The notes under the pieces were generated by a model that had not been told where the DNA came from, did no database searches, and worked only from the letters and a program-made list of their open reading frames with translations. Positions 1 to 8,443 of a stretch of DNA of 64,000 nucleotides are shown here, in pieces. The position numbers were made by a program, and so were the translations under genes. Origin of the DNA: an uncultured Granulosicoccaceae bacterium (GTDB lineage: Bacteria; Pseudomonadota; Gammaproteobacteria; CALCKW01); NCBI GenBank assembly GCA_937925815.1, contig CALAMQ010000004.1, forward strand, positions 7,099 through 71,098, written 5' to 3'. How positions within the stretch are numbered: the first letter of the stretch is position 1; each line of letters opens with the position of its first letter.

Positions 1-40
1 CAATACAGGCATGTCACACTCTCAGGTCCAGAATCAGGGT

Positions 41-268
41 TTAGCTTCGCTTGAAATAAGGCAGCAAAAAGACAAAGCAGGCCACGAGAAAAAACAGCCC
101 GCCAACCAAACTGGGGGTGTCGCCGCTTCGCCAGCTTGAGGCGATAAAGCCACACGCTGAAATGATAAACAATACCCACCCAGTTATTTCACAGCGGGTT
201 TTAAACCGATCTGATGGTGACGACACGCTCAATCTCCCTCGTCTGAATTTCCGTTGAATGCATAACAA
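41..268 (-). CDS. hypothetical small membrane protein (two predicted TM helices); doubtful
   Basis: 75-aa ORF whose C-terminal 45 aa are hydrophobic (GWVLFIISACGFIASS...LFFLVACFVFLLPYF). It overlaps the 3' end of the TauE gene in another frame. No recognisable family. Confidence 0.2.
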   Translation of the reverse strand: MLCIQRKFRRGRLSVSSPSDRFKTRCEITGWVLFIISACGFIASSWRSGDTPSLVGGLFFLVACFVFLLPYFKRS

Positions 269-1007
269 GCCCAGTCCTTATCACAAGGTAGGCACCGAGC
301 AACAGTAGCGCCACCAATACCACCTGGCGAAATTGCCGCTCTGACAAGCGCTTTCGAAACCGCCCGCCAAGCCAGAGACCGAGCAACGCTGGCACCACGC
401 CAATGGCTGACAAGGTGAGCAGCTGCGGTGTAACGGTGCCACGACTGCCGAGCGCAACCAACAACCCGAGCGTTGTCACCGAGAACAGCACACCCAGTGC
501 TTGAACCTGGCGGTCACGCCCCAGTTGCAGCGCTTGAAGGTACAGCGCACCGGGCAACACTGCCAGCCCGCTGAGTCCGGTCAGTGTGCCGCTTGCGACC
601 CCAAATGCCGGGTGTAGCCAGCGCGTCTGCTGCGCGCTCGGCTTTGGCCAGACCGGCACCGCGAGGCCGACCGCGGCATACGCCATCACCACGGCACCTA
701 CAAGTGACGTCAGGGTGTCCAGATCAAAGGTGCCGCGCCACATCACACCGAGCCAAACGCACAGTGCCGCGCCGATAAAAAATCCGCGCAACTCTCGCAG
801 CAGCCAAAGCAAGTGCCCACCGACAAGCGCTTGGTAGAGGTTGGTCACCAATGCGGGCAGCAGCATCAACACCACCGCGCGGTCCGGGCCAAGTGCAAAG
901 GTCAGAAGCGCAATCGAGACCGCAGGCAGTCCCAACCCCACCACGCCCTTGACCGAGCCCGCGAGCAGGAACACCGCGCACACCAACCATAGACTTGGCT
1001 CAGTCAT
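201..1007 (-). CDS. TauE/SafE (TSUP, DUF81) family sulfite/anion exporter-like membrane protein
   Basis: 268 aa, polytopic, glycine-rich TM helices (GLGLPAVSIALLTFALG..., LGVLFSVTTLGLLVALG) typical of the TSUP/TauE 4+4 TM repeat architecture. Confidence 0.75.
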   Translation of the reverse strand: MTEPSLWLVCAVFLLAGSVKGVVGLGLPAVSIALLTFALGPDRAVVLMLLPALVTNLYQALVGGHLLWLLRELRGFFIGAALCVWLGVMWRGTFDLDTLTSLVGAVVMAYAAVGLAVPVWPKPSAQQTRWLHPAFGVASGTLTGLSGLAVLPGALYLQALQLGRDRQVQALGVLFSVTTLGLLVALGSRGTVTPQLLTLSAIGVVPALLGLWLGGRFRKRLSERQFRQVVLVALLLLGAYLVIRTGLVMHSTEIQTREIERVVTIRSV

Positions 1008-1029
1008 CGCGCATCAACAGCAGCCGTGG

Positions 1030-2184
1030 TCACGCACTGAGTGCTTGTTCAAGGTCCGCAATCAAATCTTCAACCGCTTCAATGCCAACAGAGAGCCGCA
1101 ACAGATCGCCCGGTATCGGGCTGTCCGGCCCTTCTATGGACGCGCGGTGTTCGATCAGGCTCTCTACCCCGCCGAGTGACGTTGCCGGTAAAAAAACGCG
1201 GCATCGCGTCGCCGCGGCGAGCGCCGCCTCGCGTCCGCCGGCGACCCGCAGCGACAACATGCCACCAAAACCGCCGCGCATCTGACGCGCAGCAACCGCG
1301 TGACCTGGGTGACTCGAAAGCCCTGGGTACAACACCGCGCTGATGCGCTCGTGGTGCTCAAAGTGGCGCGCGATAGTCAGCGCGTTGTCGCAGGCTGCGC
1401 GCACCCGCACTGACAAGGTGCGCATGCCACGCTGCAACAGCCACGCCTCGAAACTGCCAAGTACCGCGCCCTGGCTGCCACGAATGGCCACTACCCGCTG
1501 CCAAAAGGCGTCGTTCTCGCGGCAGGCGGCAGCGCCTGCCACCACATCCGAGTGACCGTTGAGGTATTTGGTTGCGGAGTGAAACACGAGGTCAGCACCG
1601 AGTGCGAGCGGCTGAGTCAAAAGTGGCGTGGCCACGGTTGAGTCCACCACCACACGCGCGCCGGCTGCGTGCGCGAGCGCCACCGCCGCCTCAATATCAA
1701 TGACATCCCACGTCGGGTTGTTCGGCGTCTCGATCCACAGCATCGCCATTGGTGCAGCCTTGAGCGTGCGCTCCAAACTACTGGCCTCGGCGGCGTCGAA
1801 GAAATCGAGTTGCAGGCCCCACTGGGCGCAGTATTCGATCATCCACGCGCGCAGCCCGTGGTACATCACGCGCGGCGCGACAATACGGTCGCCGCGCCCG
1901 AGCGCCTGCACGATGGCCGCACCGGCTGCCGTGCCCGAGGCGAAGAGCCGTGCGTCCTGCGCACCTTCGAGTGATGCGAGCATCGATTCCGCTGGGTGCC
2001 AGCTCGGCGTGTCGTAGCGCGCGTAGTTGTAGCGCGCGTCGCGCAGCGCGTAATTGTCGTCACGCGCGAAGGTTGCGCTAGGCTGCCACGCGGGCACCAC
2101 GCTGCCGTCGTTCGCGTCCGGCGAGTGGCCACCGTGCGCGAGCCGGGTGGCGGGCGCGAGTTGGGATTCGTCCAATTGGGACAT
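1030..2184 (-). CDS. Cys/Met-metabolism PLP-dependent enzyme (cystathionine gamma-synthase / beta-lyase / O-succinylhomoserine sulfhydrylase family)
   Basis: Fold-type I PLP enzyme with the diagnostic lysine motif SATKYLNGHSDVVAGA and a TRLAHGG N-terminal motif. The ORF track starts at 2256 (408 aa), but I place the start at the internal ATG at 2182-2184 so the conserved N-terminus sits at the usual distance; the 2256 start would overlap the SDR stop. Confidence 0.8.
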   Translation of the reverse strand: MSQLDESQLAPATRLAHGGHSPDANDGSVVPAWQPSATFARDDNYALRDARYNYARYDTPSWHPAESMLASLEGAQDARLFASGTAAGAAIVQALGRGDRIVAPRVMYHGLRAWMIEYCAQWGLQLDFFDAAEASSLERTLKAAPMAMLWIETPNNPTWDVIDIEAAVALAHAAGARVVVDSTVATPLLTQPLALGADLVFHSATKYLNGHSDVVAGAAACRENDAFWQRVVAIRGSQGAVLGSFEAWLLQRGMRTLSVRVRAACDNALTIARHFEHHERISAVLYPGLSSHPGHAVAARQMRGGFGGMLSLRVAGGREAALAAATRCRVFLPATSLGGVESLIEHRASIEGPDSPIPGDLLRLSVGIEAVEDLIADLEQALSA

Positions 2185-2252
2185 CGTGACATCCACGCAA
2201 CAAAGCCCGCATGGTACACCAGCGCTGCCAACTCGCTGTGCGTGCTGCGTGG

Positions 2253-3080
2253 TCAAATGCCAACCGGCACACCACCTGCCACCGGCAAACTAACGCCGGT
2301 TATGTACTGCCCGCCGGGACCAACCAAAAACGCAACAGCATCAGCGACGTTCTCAGGGTGACCGGCCTCGCGCAACGCGACCTGCGCGTACCGCTGTGCC
2401 CGGATCGCATCGAGTGGCTGGTCTTGCTCACGCGCCAAACGCGCGTTTGCTGCCTCGTGCATATCCGTTGCAATAAACCCCGGACAGACGGTGTTGCACA
2501 GGATGCCGTCTGGTCCAAATTCAGCCGCGAGCGTTTTGCTCAGGCCAACGAGACCGTGCTTCATCGCGGTGTAAGCACCAAAGCCTGGCTCCGCGCCGAG
2601 ACTGCCAGTTGAACCGATATTGACTATGCGGCCCCAGCCTGCGCGCTGCATGTGCGGTATCACCGCGTGTGACAACGCCATGGGGCCTAGCAGGTTAACC
2701 GCGAAGCTCGTCTGCCATTGCGCCGGCGTGGTGGTCAGAAAGTCCGCGGCACCAGCGAGCGAACCTGCGTTGTTGACCAGGATATCGACAGCGTGACCCT
2801 GCGCCGCAAGTGTGTCCACAAACGCGGGGATGGCGTCCACGTCAGTAAGGTCGAGCGTTTGCGCCTGCGCGTCCACGCCGAGCGCATTGAGTTCAGCGAC
2901 GCACTCGGCGAGCAACGTGGAACGCTGTGTCTCTGAGCCATGAACCGTGACAGGACCACCTTGGTCCGTGATCACAACTTTCGCGCCGTCGGCTGCAAGC
3001 CGTCGAGCCACAGCACGCCCAATGCCCGAGGGTGCCGCGGCACCGGTGACCAAGGCCGTTTTACCGTCGAGTGGCAACAC
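2253..3080 (-). CDS. SDR family NAD(P)-dependent oxidoreductase
   Basis: N-terminal TGAAAPSGIGRAV Rossmann motif and catalytic YTAMKHG (YxxxK); 275 aa. Confidence 0.85.
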   Translation of the reverse strand: MLPLDGKTALVTGAAAPSGIGRAVARRLAADGAKVVITDQGGPVTVHGSETQRSTLLAECVAELNALGVDAQAQTLDLTDVDAIPAFVDTLAAQGHAVDILVNNAGSLAGAADFLTTTPAQWQTSFAVNLLGPMALSHAVIPHMQRAGWGRIVNIGSTGSLGAEPGFGAYTAMKHGLVGLSKTLAAEFGPDGILCNTVCPGFIATDMHEAANARLAREQDQPLDAIRAQRYAQVALREAGHPENVADAVAFLVGPGGQYITGVSLPVAGGVPVGI

Positions 3081-3158
3081 GCGACACCTCCTGAAATCAC
3101 TTTGCGAACTTGTCGTTCAAATTAGGGATGGGGTCTTGATGAGCACTTTGCAATGGGC

Positions 3159-3189
3159 AAAAAAAAACCCGATCAGTGTGATCGGGTTT
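3159..3189 (-). terminator. rho-independent terminator downstream of the DUF1127 gene
   Basis: Perfect hairpin cccgatca-gtg-tgatcggg (3168-3186). Read on the minus strand it is followed by a run of 8-9 U (A-run 3159-3167 on the plus strand). Confidence 0.5.
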
Positions 3190-3222
3190 GCTGTAGACGG
3201 GCCGAACGGGGTCGGCTTGTAC

Positions 3223-3435
3223 TCACTCACGCCAGAAGGGTTTGTTGATTTCATTCGACGCTTCTGTTGGCGTCATGCCGATATCACGCCACAAGCGGGC
3301 GTCCATGCGTGCCAAGGTACGGCGAGACTGCGCACGTTCTTGCCAAGTTGCAATGGCGCCCAATGCGCGTTTCTTGGCATCAGCCAACGCACTGTTAGTG
3401 CCGCTGAGTTTCGCGGCTTCGGTAATTGCACTCAT
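3223..3435 (-). CDS. DUF1127 domain-containing small protein
   Basis: 70 aa; C-terminal motif RTLARMDARLWRDIGMTPTEA matches the DUF1127 signature (RxLxxLxDxxLxDIGLSR-like). It has its own terminator. Confidence 0.6.
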   Translation of the reverse strand: MSAITEAAKLSGTNSALADAKKRALGAIATWQERAQSRRTLARMDARLWRDIGMTPTEASNEINKPFWRE

Positions 3436-3521
3436 AGAGTTCTCTCCAATTCAGTTGTTTAATACGCTCCCGGTTATTCGGCAGCGCGGGTCTTTTCGAG
3501 AGTCAAATCTAGTGCCTAATC

Positions 3522-3565
3522 AAAACCAAAACAGATACAGTTTTGGCGATTGAAAACCATAACAG
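3522..3565. promoter_or_regulatory. direct repeats AAAACCAWAACAG x2 (3522-3534, 3553-3565) in the AT-rich divergent region between the DUF1127 gene and the MocR regulator gene; candidate MocR operator
   Basis: Two 13-nt repeats 31 bp apart centre to centre, in the only AT-rich stretch upstream of the MocR gene. A TAGAAT -10-like hexamer follows at about 3577-3582. Confidence 0.3.
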
Positions 3566-3627
3566 TTTAGATGCTGTAGAATAGATCCACTATCAACGTA
3601 AACAGCATTATTTATGCTGAATATCGC

Positions 3628-5058
3628 ATGCATCAAAGCGGAAAACACTTGTACGAACAAGTGGCAGAAGTAGTGGGAAATATGGTGCAACAAGGCACCC
3701 TGAGACCCGGCGAAAAAGTGCCGTCACTGCGCGCCCTGAGCCGCAAGATGAAAGTCAGCGTGGCAACCGTCATGCAAGCCTATCTGCTGCTGGAAAACCG
3801 TGGCTTAATTGAATCCCGCCCTCAGTCAGGGTTCTACGTCAAAGTCAGCCGAGAGCGTCTGCCGGCGCCACGACGCAAACGCAACCGCAGTCAGACGCCG
3901 CGCAAGGTGCAGTTCGGCAACACCGTCGAGACCATTTTTGCACTGGCAAACCGGCCAGAAGTGGTACCGCTCGGGGTCGCCAACCCATCGCCTGCCCTAC
4001 TGCCCTTACCCGCACTCAATCGCGCCGTGCGCGATGTCATGTCGCGCGAGAGCGCGCACGCGGTGAGTTATGACTTCCCACCCGGCGTGCCGGAGCTTCG
4101 GCGTCAGATCGCGCTGCGCAGCGCTGATATCGGCGTGGACGTCAACCCAGAAAACGTCTTGATCACCAACGGCGCAACCGAAGGATTGATGATCGCGTTG
4201 CAGAGCGTTGCCAAGGCCGGCGATGTGATCGCGGTTGCGGCGCCTGCGTACTTCACGCTGCTGCAAATGATCGAGCGACTCGGGATGCTGGTGGTGGAGG
4301 TTGAGTCGGATCCGGACACCGGAATTGATCTCGACGCGCTCGCAAGCTGGCTCGGTCGGCAGCCCATCGCAGCGGTGGTGGTGTGGGCCAACTTCGCCAA
4401 CCCCACCGGCGCGCTGATGTCGGACGAGAACAAGTCCGAATTGGTCTCGCTGTGCAACCGCCACCGCATCCCGCTGATAGAAGATGATGTCATGGGCGAT
4501 CTACCGTTCAACGGTGAACGCCCGCGCAATTGCAAAGCCTTTGACACGCGCGACACCGTGATAACAGTGTCGTCATTTTCCAAGACCCTGGCGCCGGGCT
4601 ACCGAGTTGGCTGGACGCTGGGCGGCAGTTACCACGCGCGCATGATGCAGCAGAAACAGCTCAACAGCTCGGCCACCAGCAGTCTGTCGCAGCTCGCCCT
4701 CGCGCGCTTCCTCAAAGACGGTCACTACGACCGGCACTTGGTACGCCTGCGCCGCGCCTATCAACAACAGGTGCAGCAGTTGCGTTTTGGTATCGCCGAA
4801 CACTTCCCGCCTGGCACCCGGGTGTCCGATCCACGCGGCGGCTTTGTGGTCTGGGTTGAGTTGCCCGCACAGATAGATTCACAACAGGTTTACGAGAAAG
4901 CACTCAAGGCCGGTATCAGCGTGACGCCGGGTCTGCTGTTTTCTTCCACTGGCCGCTACAACAACTGTTTGCGGCTGTGTGCAGGCCACCCTTGGAACGA
5001 CACCATGCAACGCGCGACAGCCACACTGGGCCAGATCGTCACACAGCTCGCGCGCTGA
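3628..5058 (+). CDS. MocR/GabR-family transcriptional regulator (GntR-type wHTH fused to a class-I aminotransferase-like domain)
   Basis: N-terminal GntR HTH (PGEKVPSLRALSRKMKVSVATVMQAY) and a C-terminal fold-type I PLP domain (SFSKTLAPGYRVGW); 476 aa. Confidence 0.85.
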   Translation: MHQSGKHLYEQVAEVVGNMVQQGTLRPGEKVPSLRALSRKMKVSVATVMQAYLLLENRGLIESRPQSGFYVKVSRERLPAPRRKRNRSQTPRKVQFGNTVETIFALANRPEVVPLGVANPSPALLPLPALNRAVRDVMSRESAHAVSYDFPPGVPELRRQIALRSADIGVDVNPENVLITNGATEGLMIALQSVAKAGDVIAVAAPAYFTLLQMIERLGMLVVEVESDPDTGIDLDALASWLGRQPIAAVVVWANFANPTGALMSDENKSELVSLCNRHRIPLIEDDVMGDLPFNGERPRNCKAFDTRDTVITVSSFSKTLAPGYRVGWTLGGSYHARMMQQKQLNSSATSSLSQLALARFLKDGHYDRHLVRLRRAYQQQVQQLRFGIAEHFPPGTRVSDPRGGFVVWVELPAQIDSQQVYEKALKAGISVTPGLLFSSTGRYNNCLRLCAGHPWNDTMQRATATLGQIVTQLAR

Positions 5059-5269
5059 GCACCGCACCACAGAATTCCAGCCACGCAAGAGACCACACCA
5101 ACCGCCTAACGCCAGAAAAAATGGGTTAGTCGTGGCGCACACAGACCTCAATCAGCCGCAGCGGAGATCACGCCAACCCGATCATCAAACAGGGGCGCTC
5201 TCCGCTGGTGCTCGGCGGTCAGTGAACTGATAGCATCGCCGCATTGAAATCACACCGGACTGCCTGACA

Positions 5270-6430
5270 GTGGACTTCACCTCCGAGATCGATCGCCAAC
5301 GCACTGATAGCGTGAAGTGGCGGCTGTACAAAGACCGCGACATCATCCCTCTGTGGGTGGCTGATATGGACTTCAAGACAGCGCCCGAGGTTATCGCCGC
5401 GGTTCAGGCGCGCGTGGAGCACGGCATCTACGGCTACGCCGATGCAACCGAATCCGTGGTTGAGGCAACGCTGTCCCATTTACGCGAGAGCTACCAGTGG
5501 GAAGTCGATCCTGACTGGCTGGTGTGGCTGCCCGGCGTGGTGCCGGGCTTGGCGATGGCCTGCCGAAGTTGCGCCAACCCCGGTGAGAAAGTGATCGTGT
5601 CGTCGCCGGTTTACTACCCCTTTCTGATAGTGCCCGACGTGGCGGACCGCCAAGTGTTCGATGTGCCGCTGCAACGCGTTGACGGGCGCTGGCAATACGA
5701 CCTTGATGCGTTAGAACTTGCCGCCCAAGACCCAGCTGCAACCATGATCATCCTGTGCTCACCGCACAACCCAGTCGGGCGGCTGTTTACACCACAAGAG
5801 CTCCAAGCAGTGGTTGAGATCGCAGTGCGCAATGGTTTGACTGTTGTCTCCGATGAGATCCACGACGGCATTGTGTTGGAGCCGGGCTTGCGTTTCACGC
5901 CGACAGCCTGCGCCGCGCCCGAGCACGCCGCCGGCATGATCACGTTGATGAGTCCGAGCAAGGCCTTCAATCTCGCGGGCCTGAACGCAACCTACGCCAT
6001 CATCCCGAACGCCGATACCCGCGCCACCTTCAAGCACCACATGATGGGCCCGGTCACGCGGCCAAGCCCATTTGCGCTCGCAGCCACCGAAGCCGCCTAC
6101 GCCCACGGCGGCCCGTGGCTTGCCGGCCTGAACGACACCCTACGCGCCAACCGCGACCGCTTGATCTCAGCGGTCAACGCCCTGCCCGGCGTTCACATGG
6201 ATCCAATTGAAGCCACTTACCTCGGCTGGATTGATGTGAGTGCGCTGCGCTTGAACGACGCGCCGGGTTGGTTTGAAGACCGGGGCCTTGGCTTTTCCCC
6301 TGGCGCACCGTTTGGCGACGACCGCTTTGTGCGCTGGAATTTCGGTTGCCCGCCGGCCACCTTGGAGCGCGCCATTGCGCGTTTCGAGACGGCCGTCAGT
6401 GAGCGCGCACACGAACTGGGTATCAGCTAA
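5270..6430 (+). CDS. PatB/MalY-type PLP-dependent C-S lyase (cystathionine beta-lyase-like aminotransferase class I/II)
   Basis: N-terminal IDRQRTDSVKWR...LWVADMDFKTAPEV motif typical of MalY/PatB; PLP lysine in MSPSKAFNLAG; 386 aa; GTG start. Confidence 0.8.
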   Translation: MDFTSEIDRQRTDSVKWRLYKDRDIIPLWVADMDFKTAPEVIAAVQARVEHGIYGYADATESVVEATLSHLRESYQWEVDPDWLVWLPGVVPGLAMACRSCANPGEKVIVSSPVYYPFLIVPDVADRQVFDVPLQRVDGRWQYDLDALELAAQDPAATMIILCSPHNPVGRLFTPQELQAVVEIAVRNGLTVVSDEIHDGIVLEPGLRFTPTACAAPEHAAGMITLMSPSKAFNLAGLNATYAIIPNADTRATFKHHMMGPVTRPSPFALAATEAAYAHGGPWLAGLNDTLRANRDRLISAVNALPGVHMDPIEATYLGWIDVSALRLNDAPGWFEDRGLGFSPGAPFGDDRFVRWNFGCPPATLERAIARFETAVSERAHELGIS

Positions 6431-6452
6431 GCCGCCCAGAACACCCCGCCCG

Positions 6453-7016
6453 TCACTCACTTAAAGGCAACGCTTCCACACCCTTGAGCGCGGCCTGACC
6501 GGACGCACTGACATTGATGACCGCAACCCCGCCCAAGCGAAGCCTGCGCTCGAGTCGCAGTGCCTCGGCCTTGGGCGCAAAGTAGGCCTCAATGTGCGGG
6601 ATCGACACCACTGCGCCGCTTCGCCTTGCACGACCAAAGCGCACAACGCGCGCTCGCACGTACAACCCGTCTGCCGGCGGGATCAAGGACGCGGCGGACC
6701 AGTGATGCAAACCCTGCTCAGTCGGCGTGAGGTGCAAATAGACGCGCTCACCGTGGCGCAATGCCGAGCGATCACCTGCAAAGTTCTCAAAGGCGTCGTC
6801 AGTGTCATACCGCAAGATCGCGTAATTGCCGCGAAAGAGTGAACGCGGGTCAACCGGCACTGTCGCGACCCTCACGGTGGTGCCATGAAACAGCGGCCAA
6901 GCGGCACGCACTTGCATTGCAACCAACACCGAGACCTGAAAGACAAGCGCTGCCAGCAATCCTGTCTGCACTGCTCGTCGGGACAGCGGCAACCGCAACC
7001 GCTCAAGCGCGCTCAC
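6453..7016 (-). CDS. GDYXXLXY domain-containing protein (N-terminal TM anchor)
   Basis: One N-terminal TM helix followed by FRGNYAILRYD (GDYxxLxY-like motif); 187 aa. Its start overlaps the stop of the upstream membrane protein gene. Confidence 0.6.
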   Translation of the reverse strand: MSALERLRLPLSRRAVQTGLLAALVFQVSVLVAMQVRAAWPLFHGTTVRVATVPVDPRSLFRGNYAILRYDTDDAFENFAGDRSALRHGERVYLHLTPTEQGLHHWSAASLIPPADGLYVRARVVRFGRARRSGAVVSIPHIEAYFAPKAEALRLERRLRLGGVAVINVSASGQAALKGVEALPLSE

Positions 7017-8398
7017 GCCTGACTCCCCGCCGCGTGCCGACGCTGCCAGTACCGCGCGGCCCCGAGCAGCACCACAGCGATCACCACAAAGAGCACAGCG
7101 GTGCCAACGTAGTCACCGATCAAGTCGATATAGCGCAACAACGCAAGCAACAGTACCGTCGCGACGCCGAGAAAATAGGACTGCGACTCGCCGTGCTGCA
7201 CACCGCGCACAATCAGCCCCAGACCAAAACAGGCCACCGTGAGGTTGGCGAGCACTTGCCAGTAAATGGCGTGCTCGATGTTGTCACCGTTGGCAACTGC
7301 CGCAGTCACTACAAAGAGCGCAATGCAAAGCGCAAGAACTGGCAACAGCTTGCGCGCTCGCCAGGCGCACACGAGCGCGCCGCCACACACCACACAGAGT
7401 ACGGCCCACATATCCTGTTGCTCGGTCCAATGAGCCTTCAGAGCCGCCACCCAGACGTCGTTGTAGCTCAGGATAAAAGCACACACCAGCGCAAATCGCA
7501 GTGTCCACAACGAGAGCACCGTGCCGTAGTCACGCGCCTTGGTCGATGGCTGCGCGTACAACAGATGGCTGAGCGCGTAAGCGAGGATGAAATAGCCCAC
7601 GCCGACGGGAAATTGCTCGGCGCGAAATCGCATGACGAGAGCCTGATTCGACCACCAGACGCCAAGCGCGACCTCCAGCAACAACCCCGTTCCCGCCACC
7701 ACCAACAGAAACAGCAGAACGCTACGCCGCCCGGCGTATAGGACGTAGCCACCGAGCGCGAGAAAAAACGCCAAACCTGGCGCAAAGAACCCGAGCTGCA
7801 ATTCGATCAGAAACCACACTAGCGCCAGCAGCACGCTCAGCAACGCCAGCACTGGGCTCTGTAACAGCAGCGCCGCCGGCGCGGTGCCAAGCGCCCACCA
7901 GAGAACGCCGTCAGGCATGTGTTCACCGAGGTGGTAAATTTGCGCAATCAGGATGATTGACGCGCCGTATGCCAAGCCGCCAAGAAAAAACACACCCTCA
8001 GCCGCACGGTCGCGTTCACCGCGGTAGAGCCACAATGCGTAGCCGTTGAGCACGGCAGTCAAGCCAACGAGCGACCCCATGCGCAGCGCGCGCGGCAGGT
8101 TGTCCCAATTGGCGCTGAGCAATGTGATTAATGCCAGGCCCAAAAAGGCGTAACCGAGCACCACCAACACACGCTGCCCCCGAGCACCGCGCGCGGCGGC
8201 GTCGTAGTCAGCGCCGTAGAGCGCGCAAATCGACTCGGCCTGCGAACGGGAGATCAGCCCCTGCTCAACCCACGTTGCGCTCTCTTGGGCGAGGTCGTTC
8301 TTAAGAAGTCGTATCAAACGCATGGTGCCGTGTCCCGCGAATAATCCAGTGCGGCTTGCCTCCATTCCCAGGACTGAGCACCCTGTGACAAGGTGCAC
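7013..8398 (-). CDS. polytopic inner-membrane protein, DUF2157/DUF4401-like (partner of the GDYXXLXY protein)
   Basis: 461-aa ORF with a soluble N-terminal region of about 70 aa and then at least 10 hydrophobic helices. The start is uncertain: GTG at 8398, or an ATG about 75 nt downstream near 8321-8323 (MRLIRLLKNDL). Confidence 0.55.
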   Translation of the reverse strand: MHLVTGCSVLGMEASRTGLFAGHGTMRLIRLLKNDLAQESATWVEQGLISRSQAESICALYGADYDAAARGARGQRVLVVLGYAFLGLALITLLSANWDNLPRALRMGSLVGLTAVLNGYALWLYRGERDRAAEGVFFLGGLAYGASIILIAQIYHLGEHMPDGVLWWALGTAPAALLLQSPVLALLSVLLALVWFLIELQLGFFAPGLAFFLALGGYVLYAGRRSVLLFLLVVAGTGLLLEVALGVWWSNQALVMRFRAEQFPVGVGYFILAYALSHLLYAQPSTKARDYGTVLSLWTLRFALVCAFILSYNDVWVAALKAHWTEQQDMWAVLCVVCGGALVCAWRARKLLPVLALCIALFVVTAAVANGDNIEHAIYWQVLANLTVACFGLGLIVRGVQHGESQSYFLGVATVLLLALLRYIDLIGDYVGTAVLFVVIAVVLLGAARYWQRRHAAGSQA

Positions 8399-8443
8399 GC
8401 CTGACAGTCTTGCGCAATCTGCGCAGACAATGATTCAAATAGG

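Noticed and set aside
6761-7741. 326-aa plus-strand ORF antisense to the DUF2157-like membrane protein gene
   Set aside because: The translation is low-complexity and Arg/His/Gln-rich. The opposite frame encodes a coherent polytopic membrane protein.
8320-8350. Apparent one-base frame inconsistency when hand-translating the N-terminus of the DUF2157-like ORF
   Set aside because: Most likely my own indexing error while reading the sequence, because the ORF track gives an uninterrupted frame. I do not take it as evidence of a frameshift or pseudogene.
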